DNA of 32,642 nucleotides from Corallococcus sp. RDP092CA (GTDB taxonomy: Bacteria; Myxococcota; Myxococcia; Myxococcales; Myxococcaceae), in contig NZ_JAYESI010000001.1 in assembly GCF_041903675.1 (NCBI RefSeq), positions 1-32,642 on the forward strand, given 5' to 3'. Below are positions 1-16,248 of this stretch, piece by piece (the first letter of the stretch is position 1; each line of letters opens with the position of its first letter). The notes under the pieces are model-generated. The model was not told where the DNA came from. It saw nothing but the letters and a program-made list of their open reading frames with translations, and did no database searches. Made by a program: the position numbers and the translations under genes.

Positions 1-185
<185 letters not shown>

Positions 186-223
186 TCGGCTTCCCGCCGA
201 CCGGCTTTCACGGGCACTGAGTT

Positions 224-262
224 GCGAAGGGGAGGGCTGCATCTGTAGCCTTCCCTTCTCGC
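224..262 (+). other. Imperfect long hairpin in the tuf-rpmG intergenic region (possible processing/attenuation structure)
   Basis: Arms GCGAAGGGGAGGGCT (224-238) and AGCCTTCCCTTCTCGC (247-262) pair at about 15 positions, with one bulge and two G-U pairs, around an 8-nt loop. No T-tract follows. Confidence 0.3.
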
Positions 263-279
263 ATCTGGTGAAATGAACC

Positions 280-444
280 ATGCCTAAGGGTAACCGTTCC
301 ATCATCTCGCTCGAGTGCACCACGTGCAAAGAGCGGAACTACACGACCACGAAGAACAAGCGGAAGAGCCAGGACAAGCTCGAGCTGAGCAAGTTCTGCC
401 CTCGCTGCCGCAAGCACACGGACCACAAGGAAGGCAAGGTCTAG
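280..444 (+). CDS. rpmG: 50S ribosomal protein L33
   Basis: ATG at 280 to TAG at 442-444 encodes the 54-aa [54 protein letters not shown], the L33 family Cys-x2-Cys...Cys-x2-Cys zinc ribbon. It is too short to appear in the supplied ORF track. Position between tuf and tRNA-Trp/secE is typical. Confidence 0.85.
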   Translation: MPKGNRSIISLECTTCKERNYTTTKNKRKSQDKLELSKFCPRCRKHTDHKEGKV

Positions 445-466
445 GTCGTCGGTTTCATGAAGATTT

Positions 467-542
467 AGGCCAGTAGCTCCAACGGTAGAGCAGCGGTCTC
501 CAAATCCGCGTGTTGGGGGTTCGAATCCCTCCTGGCCTGCCA
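467..542 (+). tRNA. trnW: tRNA-Trp (anticodon CCA)
   Basis: 76-nt sequence AGGCCAGTAGCTCCAACGGTAGAGCAGCGGTCTCCAAATCCGCGTGTTGGGGGTTCGAATCCCTCCTGGCCTGCCA. The 7-bp acceptor stem is AGGCCAG/CTGGCCT and the T-arm reads GGTTCGAATCC. The anticodon loop CTCCAAA gives anticodon CCA, and the 3' CCA is encoded. The sequence closely resembles E. coli tRNA-Trp. Confidence 0.92.
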
Positions 543-551
543 GCTTCAGTA

Positions 552-596
552 CAGGGACCCCCGGTACCGAGCGGTGCCGGGGGTCCCTGCCTTTTC
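552..596 (+). terminator. Rho-independent terminator after tRNA-Trp
   Basis: Perfect 13-bp GC-rich inverted repeat CAGGGACCCCCGG...CCGGGGGTCCCTG (552-589), followed by CCTTTT. Confidence 0.65.
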
Positions 597-630
597 GCAG
601 TCCCGCTTCCGCAGTCCCTCGTGAGGCACC

Positions 631-1074
631 ATGGCGACGGCATCTGAGGCCAGCCAGCAGGCTAACCGCTCGGGCATCGACCCCAAGCGGCTCGTGGTCA
701 TCTTCTATCTCGTCTCCGGCATCGTCCTGGCCCTCTTCCTGGAGCACGTCTTCGGGTTGCTCTGGAGTCGGTTCGGCTGGAGCGACGTGGAGCTCTTCGA
801 AGGTCTCGGCTGGCGCGTGTCGACGCTGGTGGGCTATGTGGGCGCCCTGGTCCTGATGCTGGCGGCCTACTTCCACCCTCGCACGCACGCCCTCTCCATC
901 GACGTGGCGTCCGAGCTGATGAAGGTCACGTGGCCTACCTGGTCGGAGACCCGCGCGTCGACCATGGCCGTGGTCGTCGCCTCGCTGGTGGCGGCCGTTC
1001 TGCTCTTCTGCATCGACACCGTCGCGTACAACTTGATGGTGGAGTGGCTGCCTACCCTGTGGGGGAAGCTGTAA
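631..1074 (+). CDS. secE: Preprotein translocase subunit SecE
   Basis: 147-aa ORF with three hydrophobic segments. The C-terminal part (KVTWPTWSETRASTMAVVVASLVAAVLLFCIDTVAYNLM) matches the conserved SecE core. It lies immediately upstream of nusG in the canonical secE-nusG arrangement. Confidence 0.85.
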   Translation: MATASEASQQANRSGIDPKRLVVIFYLVSGIVLALFLEHVFGLLWSRFGWSDVELFEGLGWRVSTLVGYVGALVLMLAAYFHPRTHALSIDVASELMKVTWPTWSETRASTMAVVVASLVAAVLLFCIDTVAYNLMVEWLPTLWGKL

Positions 1075-1622
1075 TGGCGAAGAAATGGTTCACGGTCCAG
1101 ACCTACTCGAACTACGAGAACCAGGCGAAGAAGAACCTGGAAGAGCAGGTGCGTCTCAAGGGCCTGCAGGACCAGGATCTGATCGGTGAGATCCTCATCC
1201 CCATGGAGCAGGTCGTGGAGATGGTGAACGGCGAGAAGAAGACCACGCGCCGCAAGCTCTTCCCGGGCTACATCTTCGTCCAGATGGAGCTCAACGACAT
1301 CACCGTCCACCTGGTGAAGAACACCTCCAAGGTGACGGGGTTCCCGGGCGTCGGCCAGAACGAGCAGCCCCGGCCCATGTCGGACCGCGAGGTCGAGCGC
1401 CTCACCGCGCAGGTCACCGAGGGCGCCCACAAGGCCAAGCCCAAGGTCCAGTTCGAGACCAGCGACACGGTGCGCGTCATCGACGGCCCGTTCGCCAACT
1501 TCAACGGCACCGTGGAAGAGGTCAACCCGGAGAAGGGCCGCGTGCGCGTGCTCGTCAGCATCTTCGGCCGCGCGACCCCCGTGGAGCTCGACTTCATGCA
1601 GGTGGAGAAGACCACCGGCTAG
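1074..1622 (+). CDS. nusG: Transcription termination/antitermination factor NusG
   Basis: ATG at 1074-1076 overlaps the secE TAA stop (1072-1074) by 1 nt. The product MAKKWFTVQTYSNYENQAKKNLEEQ... has the NGN domain and a C-terminal KOW motif (VRVIDGPFANFNGTVEEV) and is 182 aa. The six-frame ORF 930..1622 extends upstream in frame, but the conserved N-terminus begins at 1074. Confidence 0.9.
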   Translation: MAKKWFTVQTYSNYENQAKKNLEEQVRLKGLQDQDLIGEILIPMEQVVEMVNGEKKTTRRKLFPGYIFVQMELNDITVHLVKNTSKVTGFPGVGQNEQPRPMSDREVERLTAQVTEGAHKAKPKVQFETSDTVRVIDGPFANFNGTVEEVNPEKGRVRVLVSIFGRATPVELDFMQVEKTTG

Positions 1623-1635
1623 TTTCATCAGTCTT

Positions 1636-1658
1636 CCGCGCCCGGGTGATGGGCGCGG
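1636..1658 (+). other. GC hairpin in the nusG-rplK leader
   Basis: CCGCGCCC GGGTGAT GGGCGCGG, an 8-bp perfect stem with no T-tract. It may be part of the rplK leader, which in E. coli is the L1 autoregulatory target. Confidence 0.3.
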
Positions 1659-1730
1659 CTCAACGGGTGGGAGGGTCGCCCCGTCTGGCGGCCCGTCGGA
1701 ACCACCCTCTCGAAAGGCAGCAGTCCGCCG

Positions 1731-2177
1731 ATGAAGAAGGTCACAGGTCAGGTCAAGTTGCAGATTCCCGCCGGCAAGGCGAACCCCGCTCCGCCGATCG
1801 GCCCCGCGCTCGGTCAGCAGGGCGTGAACATCATGGAGTTCTGCAAGCAGTTCAACGCGAAGACGCAGGCGGAGGCCAAGGAGGGTCTGATCATCCCGGT
1901 GATCATCACCGTGTATCAGGACCGCTCCTTCACCTTCATCCTGAAGACCCCTCCCGCCGCCATCCTCATCAAGAAGGCCGCGGGTCTCCACACGGAGAAG
2001 AAGAAGGGTTCGGGCGCGAAGAAGCCGGGCAAGGAGAAGGTGGGGCAGATCTCCCGCAAGCAGCTCGAGGAGATCGCCAAGAAGAAGATCCAGGACACCA
2101 CCGCCGCGTCCCTCGAGGCCTGCATGAACACCATTGCTGGCACCGCGCGCTCCATGGGCATCGACGTCGTCGGCTAG
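1731..2177 (+). CDS. rplK: 50S ribosomal protein L11
   Basis: [43 protein letters not shown]... is the unmistakable L11 N-terminal domain. 148 aa. Confidence 0.95.
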   Translation: MKKVTGQVKLQIPAGKANPAPPIGPALGQQGVNIMEFCKQFNAKTQAEAKEGLIIPVIITVYQDRSFTFILKTPPAAILIKKAAGLHTEKKKGSGAKKPGKEKVGQISRKQLEEIAKKKIQDTTAASLEACMNTIAGTARSMGIDVVG

Positions 2178-2205
2178 CCCGCCCCCTCTCTCAAGGATTC
2201 CTGCA

Positions 2206-2919
2206 ATGGCTAACTCCGGAAAGAAGTTCCGCGCGTCCAACGATCTGGTGGACCGCAACAAGCGCTACGCCGTCGCCGAGGGCTTCGCGCTGCTGAAGAA
2301 GACCGTGGAGGCCCGCGCGACGAAGTACGACCAGACGGTCGACGTCGCCATCAACCTGGGCGTGGACCCGAAGCACGCGGACCAGATGGTCCGTGGCGCC
2401 GTGGTGCTCCCGCACGGCACCGGCGCCACCGTGCGCGTGGCGGTGTTCGCCAAGGGCGAGCGCGCCACCGAGGCCACCAACGCCGGCGCGGACATCGTCG
2501 GCGCCGAGGACCTCCAGAAGCGCATCGAGGAGGGCTTCCTCGACTTCGACACCGTCATCGCGACGCCGGACATGATGGGCATCGTCGGCCGCCTCGGTAA
2601 GGTGCTCGGTCCCCGTGGCCTCATGCCGAACCCGAAGGTCGGCACGGTGACCATGGACGTCGCCAAGGCCATCCGCGACTCCAAGGGCGGTAAGGTGGAC
2701 TTCCGCGCGGAGAAGGCGGGCATCGTCCACGCCAAGATGGGCAAGGCCTCCTTCGAGGCGGACAAGCTCGAGGCGAACTTCAACGCGCTGGTGGACCTGG
2801 TGATGAAGCTCAAGCCGGCCACCGCCAAGGGTGTGTACCTGAAGGGCGTCGCCATCTCGACGACCATGGGGCCGGGCATCAAGCTCGACACCCAGGAAAT
2901 CCTGGCGCGTCACCGCTAA
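2206..2919 (+). CDS. rplA: 50S ribosomal protein L1
   Basis: Starts at ATG 2206 ([32 protein letters not shown]...). The ORF-track start at 2134 is an in-frame upstream extension overlapping rplK. 237 aa, typical L1. Confidence 0.93.
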   Translation: MANSGKKFRASNDLVDRNKRYAVAEGFALLKKTVEARATKYDQTVDVAINLGVDPKHADQMVRGAVVLPHGTGATVRVAVFAKGERATEATNAGADIVGAEDLQKRIEEGFLDFDTVIATPDMMGIVGRLGKVLGPRGLMPNPKVGTVTMDVAKAIRDSKGGKVDFRAEKAGIVHAKMGKASFEADKLEANFNALVDLVMKLKPATAKGVYLKGVAISTTMGPGIKLDTQEILARHR

Positions 2920-3316
2920 TCGCGGGTGCCAGGAGGGGCAGGGAAGGGTGCGCTCCCTGACAGGGAGCGTCGCTCCTGTCGCCTGTAGAACGTCGGTCCG
3001 ATAGAAAGTGCTGGATCTTTGCGAAAGCCGGGGGTATAGGCCCCCGGCTTTTGCAATTGGAGCGCCATGTCGTGAGACGCGGCGTTCCGACCTGGTTCAT
3101 GACAGCAGGGACCTGGATTGGGGAAGACGCTTCCGTTGGGAACCGGGCAACCGGTCGGGCCGTCCATCCACTCCTGGTTCAAACGACCGCAAGGTCAGCC
3201 CTGCCGAGACTGGAGGTGCGGTGTGGTGCCTCTCGGAGGCTCCTCTCTCGCTCTGCCACTTTGGCCCAGGCATCACGCCCGACTGTCAGGTCGGGCCATG
3301 AAGGAGGTGAGTCAAG
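2920..3316 (+). promoter_or_regulatory. rplA-rplJ intergenic region: probable L10(L12) leader / autoregulatory mRNA structure plus promoter for rplJL-rpoBC
   Basis: Unusually long (about 400 nt) structured non-coding region upstream of rplJ, as in the E. coli L10 leader. It contains a strong hairpin plus T-tract (3026-3052) and a strong SD AAGGAGGTG (3301-3309) before the GTG start. Confidence 0.4.
3026..3052 (+). terminator. Rho-independent terminator/attenuator downstream of rplA
   Basis: AGCCGGGGG-TATAGG-CCCCCGGCT, a 9-bp GC stem followed by TTTT (3049-3052). Confidence 0.5.
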
Positions 3317-3838
3317 GTGCTGAAGAGCGAGAAGGAAGAGATGATCAAGGACCTTCACGATAAGTTCACGCGGACCAAGACCGCGGTGCTCGTGGAGTCC
3401 TCCAAGGTGAACGTCGAGACCGTCACTCGGCTCCGTCGCAAGTTCCGCGAGGGCCAGGTCGAGTACAAGGTCATCAAGAACACGCTGGCGCGCCGTGCCG
3501 CTCAGGGTACGTCCGTCTCCGTGATTTCGGATGACTTCACCGGTCCCGTGGCCCTCTGCATCAGCTACGACGACGAGGTGGCTCCTGCGAAGATCCTGAT
3601 GGATTTCATCAAGGACATGGAGACCATCAAGGTCCGTAGCGCCGTCGTCGCCGGTAACAAGGTCGACGCCAACGGCGTGAAGGCGCTGGCGAAGCTGCCA
3701 GGCCTCAACGAGCTGCGCGGGCAGTTGCTCGGCATGCTCAACCAGCCGGCGGGCAAGCTGGTCCGGACCATCGCGGCCCCCGGGTCGCAGCTCGCGCGCG
3801 TCATCCAGGCGCACGCGGACAAGGCGCAGGGGCAGTAA
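3317..3838 (+). CDS. rplJ: 50S ribosomal protein L10
   Basis: GTG start at 3317, seven nt after SD AAGGAGGTG. The product VLKSEKEEMIKDLHDKFTRTKTAVLVESSKVNVETVTRLRRKFRE... is the L10 family. 173 aa. Confidence 0.9.
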   Translation: MLKSEKEEMIKDLHDKFTRTKTAVLVESSKVNVETVTRLRRKFREGQVEYKVIKNTLARRAAQGTSVSVISDDFTGPVALCISYDDEVAPAKILMDFIKDMETIKVRSAVVAGNKVDANGVKALAKLPGLNELRGQLLGMLNQPAGKLVRTIAAPGSQLARVIQAHADKAQGQ

Positions 3839-3927
3839 TCGTTCCGAGAAGTTTTTCTACCGCAACCTCTTCGGCCGAGCCGCCCAAATGGGTCGCCGGC
3901 CGTTAGTCAACCAGAAGGAACAGTTCC

Positions 3928-4299
3928 ATGGCCGATTTGAACGCGATTGCTGAAGAACTCTCGAAGCTCACCGTCCTCGAGGCGGGCGAGCTCGTGAAGC
4001 TGCTGGAGAACAAGTGGGGCGTGTCCGCCGCCGCCGTGGCCGTTGCCCCCACGGGCCCCGCCGCCGCCGCTGCCCCTGTTGAGGAGAAGACGGAGTTCAA
4101 CGTGGTGCTGGCGAACGCCGGCGCCAACAAGATCAACGTCATCAAGGAGATCCGTGCCATCACCGGCCTGGGCCTGAAGGAGGCCAAGGACCTGGTCGAG
4201 GGCGCGCCCAAGACGGTCAAGGAAGGCGTCAACAAGGACGACGCCAAGAAGATCAAGGACCAGCTCACCGCGGCTGGCGCCACCGTCGAGATCAAGTAG
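3928..4299 (+). CDS. rplL: 50S ribosomal protein L7/L12
   Basis: [41 protein letters not shown]...Ala-rich hinge...[56 protein letters not shown] is the canonical L7/L12. Confidence 0.95.
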   Translation: MADLNAIAEELSKLTVLEAGELVKLLENKWGVSAAAVAVAPTGPAAAAAPVEEKTEFNVVLANAGANKINVIKEIRAITGLGLKEAKDLVEGAPKTVKEGVNKDDAKKIKDQLTAAGATVEIK

Positions 4300-4310
4300 T
4301 TCTGTCCAGG

Positions 4311-4345
4311 GGCTACCCTGTTCTTCCGGGAAATCCCGGGTAGCC
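4311..4345 (+). other. Nested hairpin in the rplL-rpoB intergenic region
   Basis: Outer stem GGCTACCC/GGGTAGCC (4311-4318 / 4338-4345) encloses an inner stem CCGGGA-AA-TCCCGG. No T-tract. Confidence 0.35.
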
Positions 4346-4363
4346 GCCTGATCGGATGAGCAG

Positions 4364-4396
4364 GCCGGCGCTCCCTTTGTTGGGGCGCCGGCTTTG
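4364..4396 (+). terminator. Partial terminator/attenuator between rplL and rpoB
   Basis: Stem GCCGGCGC (4364-4371) / GCGCCGGC (4385-4392) with a 13-nt loop, followed by TTTG. This is the analogous position to the E. coli rplL-rpoB attenuator. Confidence 0.5.
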
Positions 4397-4480
4397 CCCA
4401 TTTGACATTTGCCAAATTTCCCGGCGCCGCCGCGCGTTACTGAAGTTTGCCCCGCCCGAGCAGCCGTCCCCGGAGACCGA

Positions 4481-8707
<4,227 letters not shown>

Positions 8708-8839
8708 GCCTTTTCAAAGAAGCCGGTGCGCCCGCCTGACCGGCTGGCTGCTTCCTCGTGGAGGGAGCGGCTGGCCGGGTGCAGGGCGGGGGCCCGAAAC
8801 GTTTGGCGCCTCGGGCGCTCATAAGTTTTCGGAGGCAAC

Positions 8840-13051
<4,212 letters not shown>

Positions 13052-13086
13052 TGTTTCCCCGAGGCGTCCCTGACGCTTCGTGAGCC

Positions 13087-13131
13087 AGCCGCCGTCCTGG
13101 TGTCATGCCGGGGCGGCGGCTTTCTCGTTTT
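13087..13131 (+). terminator. Rho-independent terminator of the rpoBC operon
   Basis: Stem AGCCGCCG (13087-13094) / CGGCGGCT (13114-13121), followed by TTTCTCGTTTT. Confidence 0.65.
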
Positions 13132-13153
13132 GCACAGTCCAGCCCATGTTCGC

Positions 13154-13181
13154 TTGACGGCATGTTGCGGTGCGTTATGTT
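13154..13181 (+). promoter_or_regulatory. Candidate sigma70-like promoter and repeated motif upstream of the phasin-like gene
   Basis: TTGACG (13154-13159), 16 nt, then TATGTT (13176-13181). The region also holds direct repeats of ATGTTG(A)CG and CGTTAT, which could be an operator. Confidence 0.3.
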
Positions 13182-13225
13182 GACGCATCACGTTATTAGA
13201 CCCGGAATACCGGGGGGAGTGCGAC

Positions 13226-13675
13226 ATGGCGACGACGAGCGAGAAGACGGGCGTGACGCAGAACGTGGAGGCCTACCTGAAGGGTCGGTTCTCCGAGGCG
13301 CAGAAGCGGTTCCAGGGGCTGGAAGGGGAGGCGAACAAGGCCTTCCGTGCGCTGGAGACGCGGGGCCAGGTGGCGGCGAAGGAGGTCCAGGCCCTGTGGA
13401 CGAAGGTGCAGGCTGGCGAGCTGCGCGCGGATCCCCGCGTCCAGGAGCTGACGAAGAAGGTGGACGCGGCGGGCGTGGAGTTTCGCAAGCGGCTGGACGG
13501 GTTCCAGACGAAGGTCGTCGAGGCGGTGGGAGTTGCCAGCCAGTCCCAGGTGGAGCAGATCACCCGCGAGCTGAACCGCCTTTCGAAGAAGTTGGATGTG
13601 CTCTTGAAGCCCACCCGGCGGGCCCACCGGGCGACCAAGAATTCGGGCGGCGCGGCGTCTAGTCCGCGCGCCTGA
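13226..13675 (+). CDS. Phasin-family (PHA granule-associated) protein-like, coiled-coil
   Basis: 149 aa with SD GGGGGAG seven nt upstream. Helical sequence (…AVGVASQSQVEQITRELNRLSKKLDVL) resembles the TIGR01837-type phasin family. It is a paralogue of the next gene. Confidence 0.55.
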   Translation: MATTSEKTGVTQNVEAYLKGRFSEAQKRFQGLEGEANKAFRALETRGQVAAKEVQALWTKVQAGELRADPRVQELTKKVDAAGVEFRKRLDGFQTKVVEAVGVASQSQVEQITRELNRLSKKLDVLLKPTRRAHRATKNSGGAASSPRA

Positions 13676-13778
13676 GAGCGTTTCCTTCACCCATGGGGTG
13701 TGCTTAGGTCGCAGACCCCCTTGAATGCCCTGGGTTCCTTCCACCGGGAGGGCCTGGGGTAACTCCCGGAGCGACTTC

Positions 13779-14129
13779 ATGGACAACAACACCGAGGGCC
13801 CCCGAGAGAAGACCTCCGTGGCGGAGGCATTCGAACGGATCTGGAGCCAGGCGCTCCTGGCGGTGAACACGGCGGAGGAGGAGGCCTCCCGTGCCGTGCA
13901 GCGCGTGGCGTCCGTCGCGGGCTGGAGCCAGGACGAGGTGAAGCGCCAGGCCCGTGAGTTCGCGGACCGGCTGGCGGGCCACCGCAAGGACCTGGAGCAC
14001 AACGTGGAGGAGCGGGTCCGCACGGCCCTGAGCCTCCTGAAGCTGCCGCGCCGCGAGGAGCTGCAGGCGTTCGGTGCCCGCCTGGAGCGCCTGAACGAGC
14101 GCATCCAGGCCCTGGAGCACCGCAAGTGA
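13779..14129 (+). CDS. Phasin-family (PHA granule-associated) protein-like
   Basis: ATG at 13779 gives MDNNTEGPREKTSVAEAFERIWSQALLAVNTAEEEASRAVQRVAS...LERLNERIQALEHRK. The ORF-track start 13725 is an upstream extension. Same family pattern as the preceding gene. Confidence 0.55.
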   Translation: MDNNTEGPREKTSVAEAFERIWSQALLAVNTAEEEASRAVQRVASVAGWSQDEVKRQAREFADRLAGHRKDLEHNVEERVRTALSLLKLPRREELQAFGARLERLNERIQALEHRK

Positions 14130-14887
14130 GTGGACCCGCCGCCTCGGGCGGCAGGTCGTGGGGAACGCGGTTCTTCGCGGGGCTGCATGCCCTGAGCAGC
14201 GGGTGCTCCCGGCTCCCGCTGCTCGCGGGCGTGGCGCTCGTGGTGTCCGCGCGGGTGGTGCCCCTGCTGGAGGAGCCCGCCCCGTCGCCCGTGGTCCCTG
14301 AAGTGGTGGCGCAGGAGGCCATCTCCGAGGATGCGGCGCTCATCGACGCCGTGCTGGCCAAGCGCGCTCCGGACCTGGGGCTCACGCTGCGCCGGCGGCT
14401 GGGGCAGGCCATCGACGAGGAGTCGCGCCGCACGGGGTATGACCCGCTGCTGGTGCTGGCCATCATCGACGTGGAGTCCGACTTCGAGGAGGAGTCCGTC
14501 TCGGAGAAGGGCGCCCGGGGGCTGATGCAGATCAAGCCCAGCACGCTGCACTTCCTGGCGGAGAAGGAAGGTCTGAAGCTGTCGCGCGAGGAGGTGGTGG
14601 CGGACCCCGCCGTCTGCGTGCGCCTGGGCATCCGGTACCTGCGCAACCTGCAGGGCCGCTTCGGCGGCGACCTGGACCTGGCGTTGATGGCCTACAACGC
14701 CGGCCCCACGCGCATCCGGGACGCCATGAAGGCCAAGGAGCTGGAGAAGTTCCGCCGCTACCCCCGCGCCGTACGGCGTGACTTCCGCCGCTTCCGGGAG
14801 GGCCATGGCCTGGGCGGAGACTGGGCGCTCGCGCAGCGCGAGCTGCCTCCGCCGCCGCCCGACGAGACGCCGACCGCGGCGCCCTGA
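14126..14887 (+). CDS. Lytic transglycosylase (SLT domain) protein, membrane-anchored/secreted
   Basis: SLT catalytic motifs ES.F (IIDVESDFEEESVSEKGARGLMQIKPST) and AYNAG (LALMAYNAGPTRI) are present. The hydrophobic N-terminus is LPLLAGVALVVSA. The start is assigned to GTG 14126, overlapping the upstream stop by 4 nt (GTGA). No in-frame ATG precedes the catalytic domain. Confidence 0.65.
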   Translation: MSGPAASGGRSWGTRFFAGLHALSSGCSRLPLLAGVALVVSARVVPLLEEPAPSPVVPEVVAQEAISEDAALIDAVLAKRAPDLGLTLRRRLGQAIDEESRRTGYDPLLVLAIIDVESDFEEESVSEKGARGLMQIKPSTLHFLAEKEGLKLSREEVVADPAVCVRLGIRYLRNLQGRFGGDLDLALMAYNAGPTRIRDAMKAKELEKFRRYPRAVRRDFRRFREGHGLGGDWALAQRELPPPPPDETPTAAP

Positions 14888-15049
14888 GCCGCTCGCGTCC
14901 GGCTGGACAGGAAGACGGGCCTCGGGGTGAATGTTCGTGGCGGCGGAGCGCTCCAAGGGGGCTGACCCCGCCTTGTCCCGCTCCCCCGGGTGCGCTAAGT
15001 CGTTCGCAAGCTCCCGGGACTGTTGAGGATTCCTTGGAGGAACGCCGCC

Positions 15050-15736
15050 ATGCCCCGCACGTCCGCCCGCATCGCCATCACTGTCGCGGCCTCGCTCGTC
15101 CCCATGCTGGCCTTGGCCGGCTCGGTCTTCCTGAACGGTGTGAAGATCGACGGGGTGACGAACACGCGCTTCGAGAAGGCCACCGTCCGCATCGACGCGG
15201 AAGGGAACGTCCACATCGACGCGCCGGGGTACGCCGCCCGCGTGACGACCGTGACGCCCACGCCCGCGACGCCTTCCACCGCGACGCCTCCGGCCGCCGC
15301 CGCGGCTCCGGACGCGGGCATCGTCGCGCAGGCTCCGGCTCCGACCGCTCCCGCCGCTCCCACGTCCGGGCCGGCGCGCATCACGCAGCGCTACTGGCTG
15401 GTGACGGAGCAGACGACGCCGGGCATGACGGACTTCGACATCGACGTGTACGTGAACTCGCGCTGGCTGCGTCGTCTGCGCAACAACGAGGACCAGGTGG
15501 TGATGGACATCACCAGCCAGTTGCGTCCCGGCGCGAACGCGGTGACGCTGATTGCCCGCAAGGTGAACGGGGGCAGCCGCCGCAGCACGTCGCCCGGGAA
15601 CGTCTTCAAGGTGATCATCGGCGAGGGCAACGAGGGCGGCGGCAACGTGATGGTTGACACGCCCCTCATCCGCTTCCAGAAGACGGCTGCGGACGCGCAG
15701 GACGCGACCGAGGAGTTCACCCTCACCACCCGCTGA
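15050..15736 (+). CDS. Secreted hypothetical protein (signal peptide, Pro/Thr/Ala-rich linker, C-terminal beta-rich domain)
   Basis: ATG 15050 follows GGAGGA at 15036-15041. The signal peptide reads MPRTSARIAITVAASLVPMLALAGS. The ORF-track start 15023 is an upstream extension. Third-codon-position GC bias supports the frame. Confidence 0.6.
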   Translation: MPRTSARIAITVAASLVPMLALAGSVFLNGVKIDGVTNTRFEKATVRIDAEGNVHIDAPGYAARVTTVTPTPATPSTATPPAAAAAPDAGIVAQAPAPTAPAAPTSGPARITQRYWLVTEQTTPGMTDFDIDVYVNSRWLRRLRNNEDQVVMDITSQLRPGANAVTLIARKVNGGSRRSTSPGNVFKVIIGEGNEGGGNVMVDTPLIRFQKTAADAQDATEEFTLTTR

Positions 15737-15760
15737 GGGTGCGCGGGAAGGGAGACGACG

Positions 15761-16225
15761 GTGTTCACCATCGACGAGCGCTACCGGGGTCTTCCCGCCA
15801 ACCGCGACCAGGTGCTCTCGCTGCACCTGTCGCTCAACACGCCGCACGTGGCCATCCCCGGCAAGCAGGCGGGGCCCGCGCAGGCCTTCGTGGTGGGGCT
15901 GCGCGGTGGACAGAGCGCGGGCGTCTTCGTGTACCTGTACCTGGTGGAGGCGGGGGACTGCGCGGTGTACGTGTCCGGCCGGCGCATCCAGTCCGCGGAT
16001 GAGCTGCGCGAGGATGAGGACGACGCGCTCGCGTTCGTGGAGTCGCTGGGCTTCATGATGGACAACGCGAACTGGCGTGCCGCGGCGCCCGCGCAGCAGG
16101 ACGAGTGGCTGAAGACGCTGCCCGTGTTCTTCCGGGAGCCCACGCTCGTGCCCGCCGTGAAGGCCCGCGCTGAAGAGAAGCGCAACGTCGCCACCACCCT
16201 GGGCCGCTTCCTGGCCGCGTTCTGA
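15761..16225 (+). CDS. Conserved hypothetical protein
   Basis: GTG 15761 is preceded by GGGAAGGGAG. 154 aa, about 24 nt downstream of the previous gene (likely co-transcribed). Codon bias supports the frame, which runs antisense to a spurious 1016-aa minus-strand ORF. Confidence 0.5.
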   Translation: MFTIDERYRGLPANRDQVLSLHLSLNTPHVAIPGKQAGPAQAFVVGLRGGQSAGVFVYLYLVEAGDCAVYVSGRRIQSADELREDEDDALAFVESLGFMMDNANWRAAAPAQQDEWLKTLPVFFREPTLVPAVKARAEEKRNVATTLGRFLAAF

Positions 16226-16248
16226 CCCTCCACCCTGGATTGGCACCC

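Noticed and set aside
930-1073. Upstream in-frame extension of nusG (ORF-track start 930) overlapping secE
   Set aside because: The conserved NusG N-terminus MAKKWF begins at 1074, and the extension would overlap 145 nt of secE. Similar upstream extensions were rejected for rplA (2134), rpoB (4409), the second phasin-like gene (13725), the secreted protein (15023), the tgl-like gene (16240), the HTH protein (16845), NTase 1 (19251), the STK (21246) and the first lipoprotein (27927, which would read through the IS).
1646-2296. 216-aa + strand ORF overlapping rplK in another frame, and many similar alternative-frame + strand ORFs (e.g. 4744..5151, 9547..10611, 15034..15657, 25277..26059)
   Set aside because: They are out of frame with highly conserved genes, and their products are Arg/Pro/Gly-rich low-complexity sequence. 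These are GC-driven artefacts.
4402-4407. Perfect TTGACA -35-like hexamer upstream of rpoB
   Set aside because: No acceptable -10 hexamer lies at 16-18 nt spacing. It sits after the attenuator hairpin, where no strong promoter is expected. Recorded only as a curiosity.
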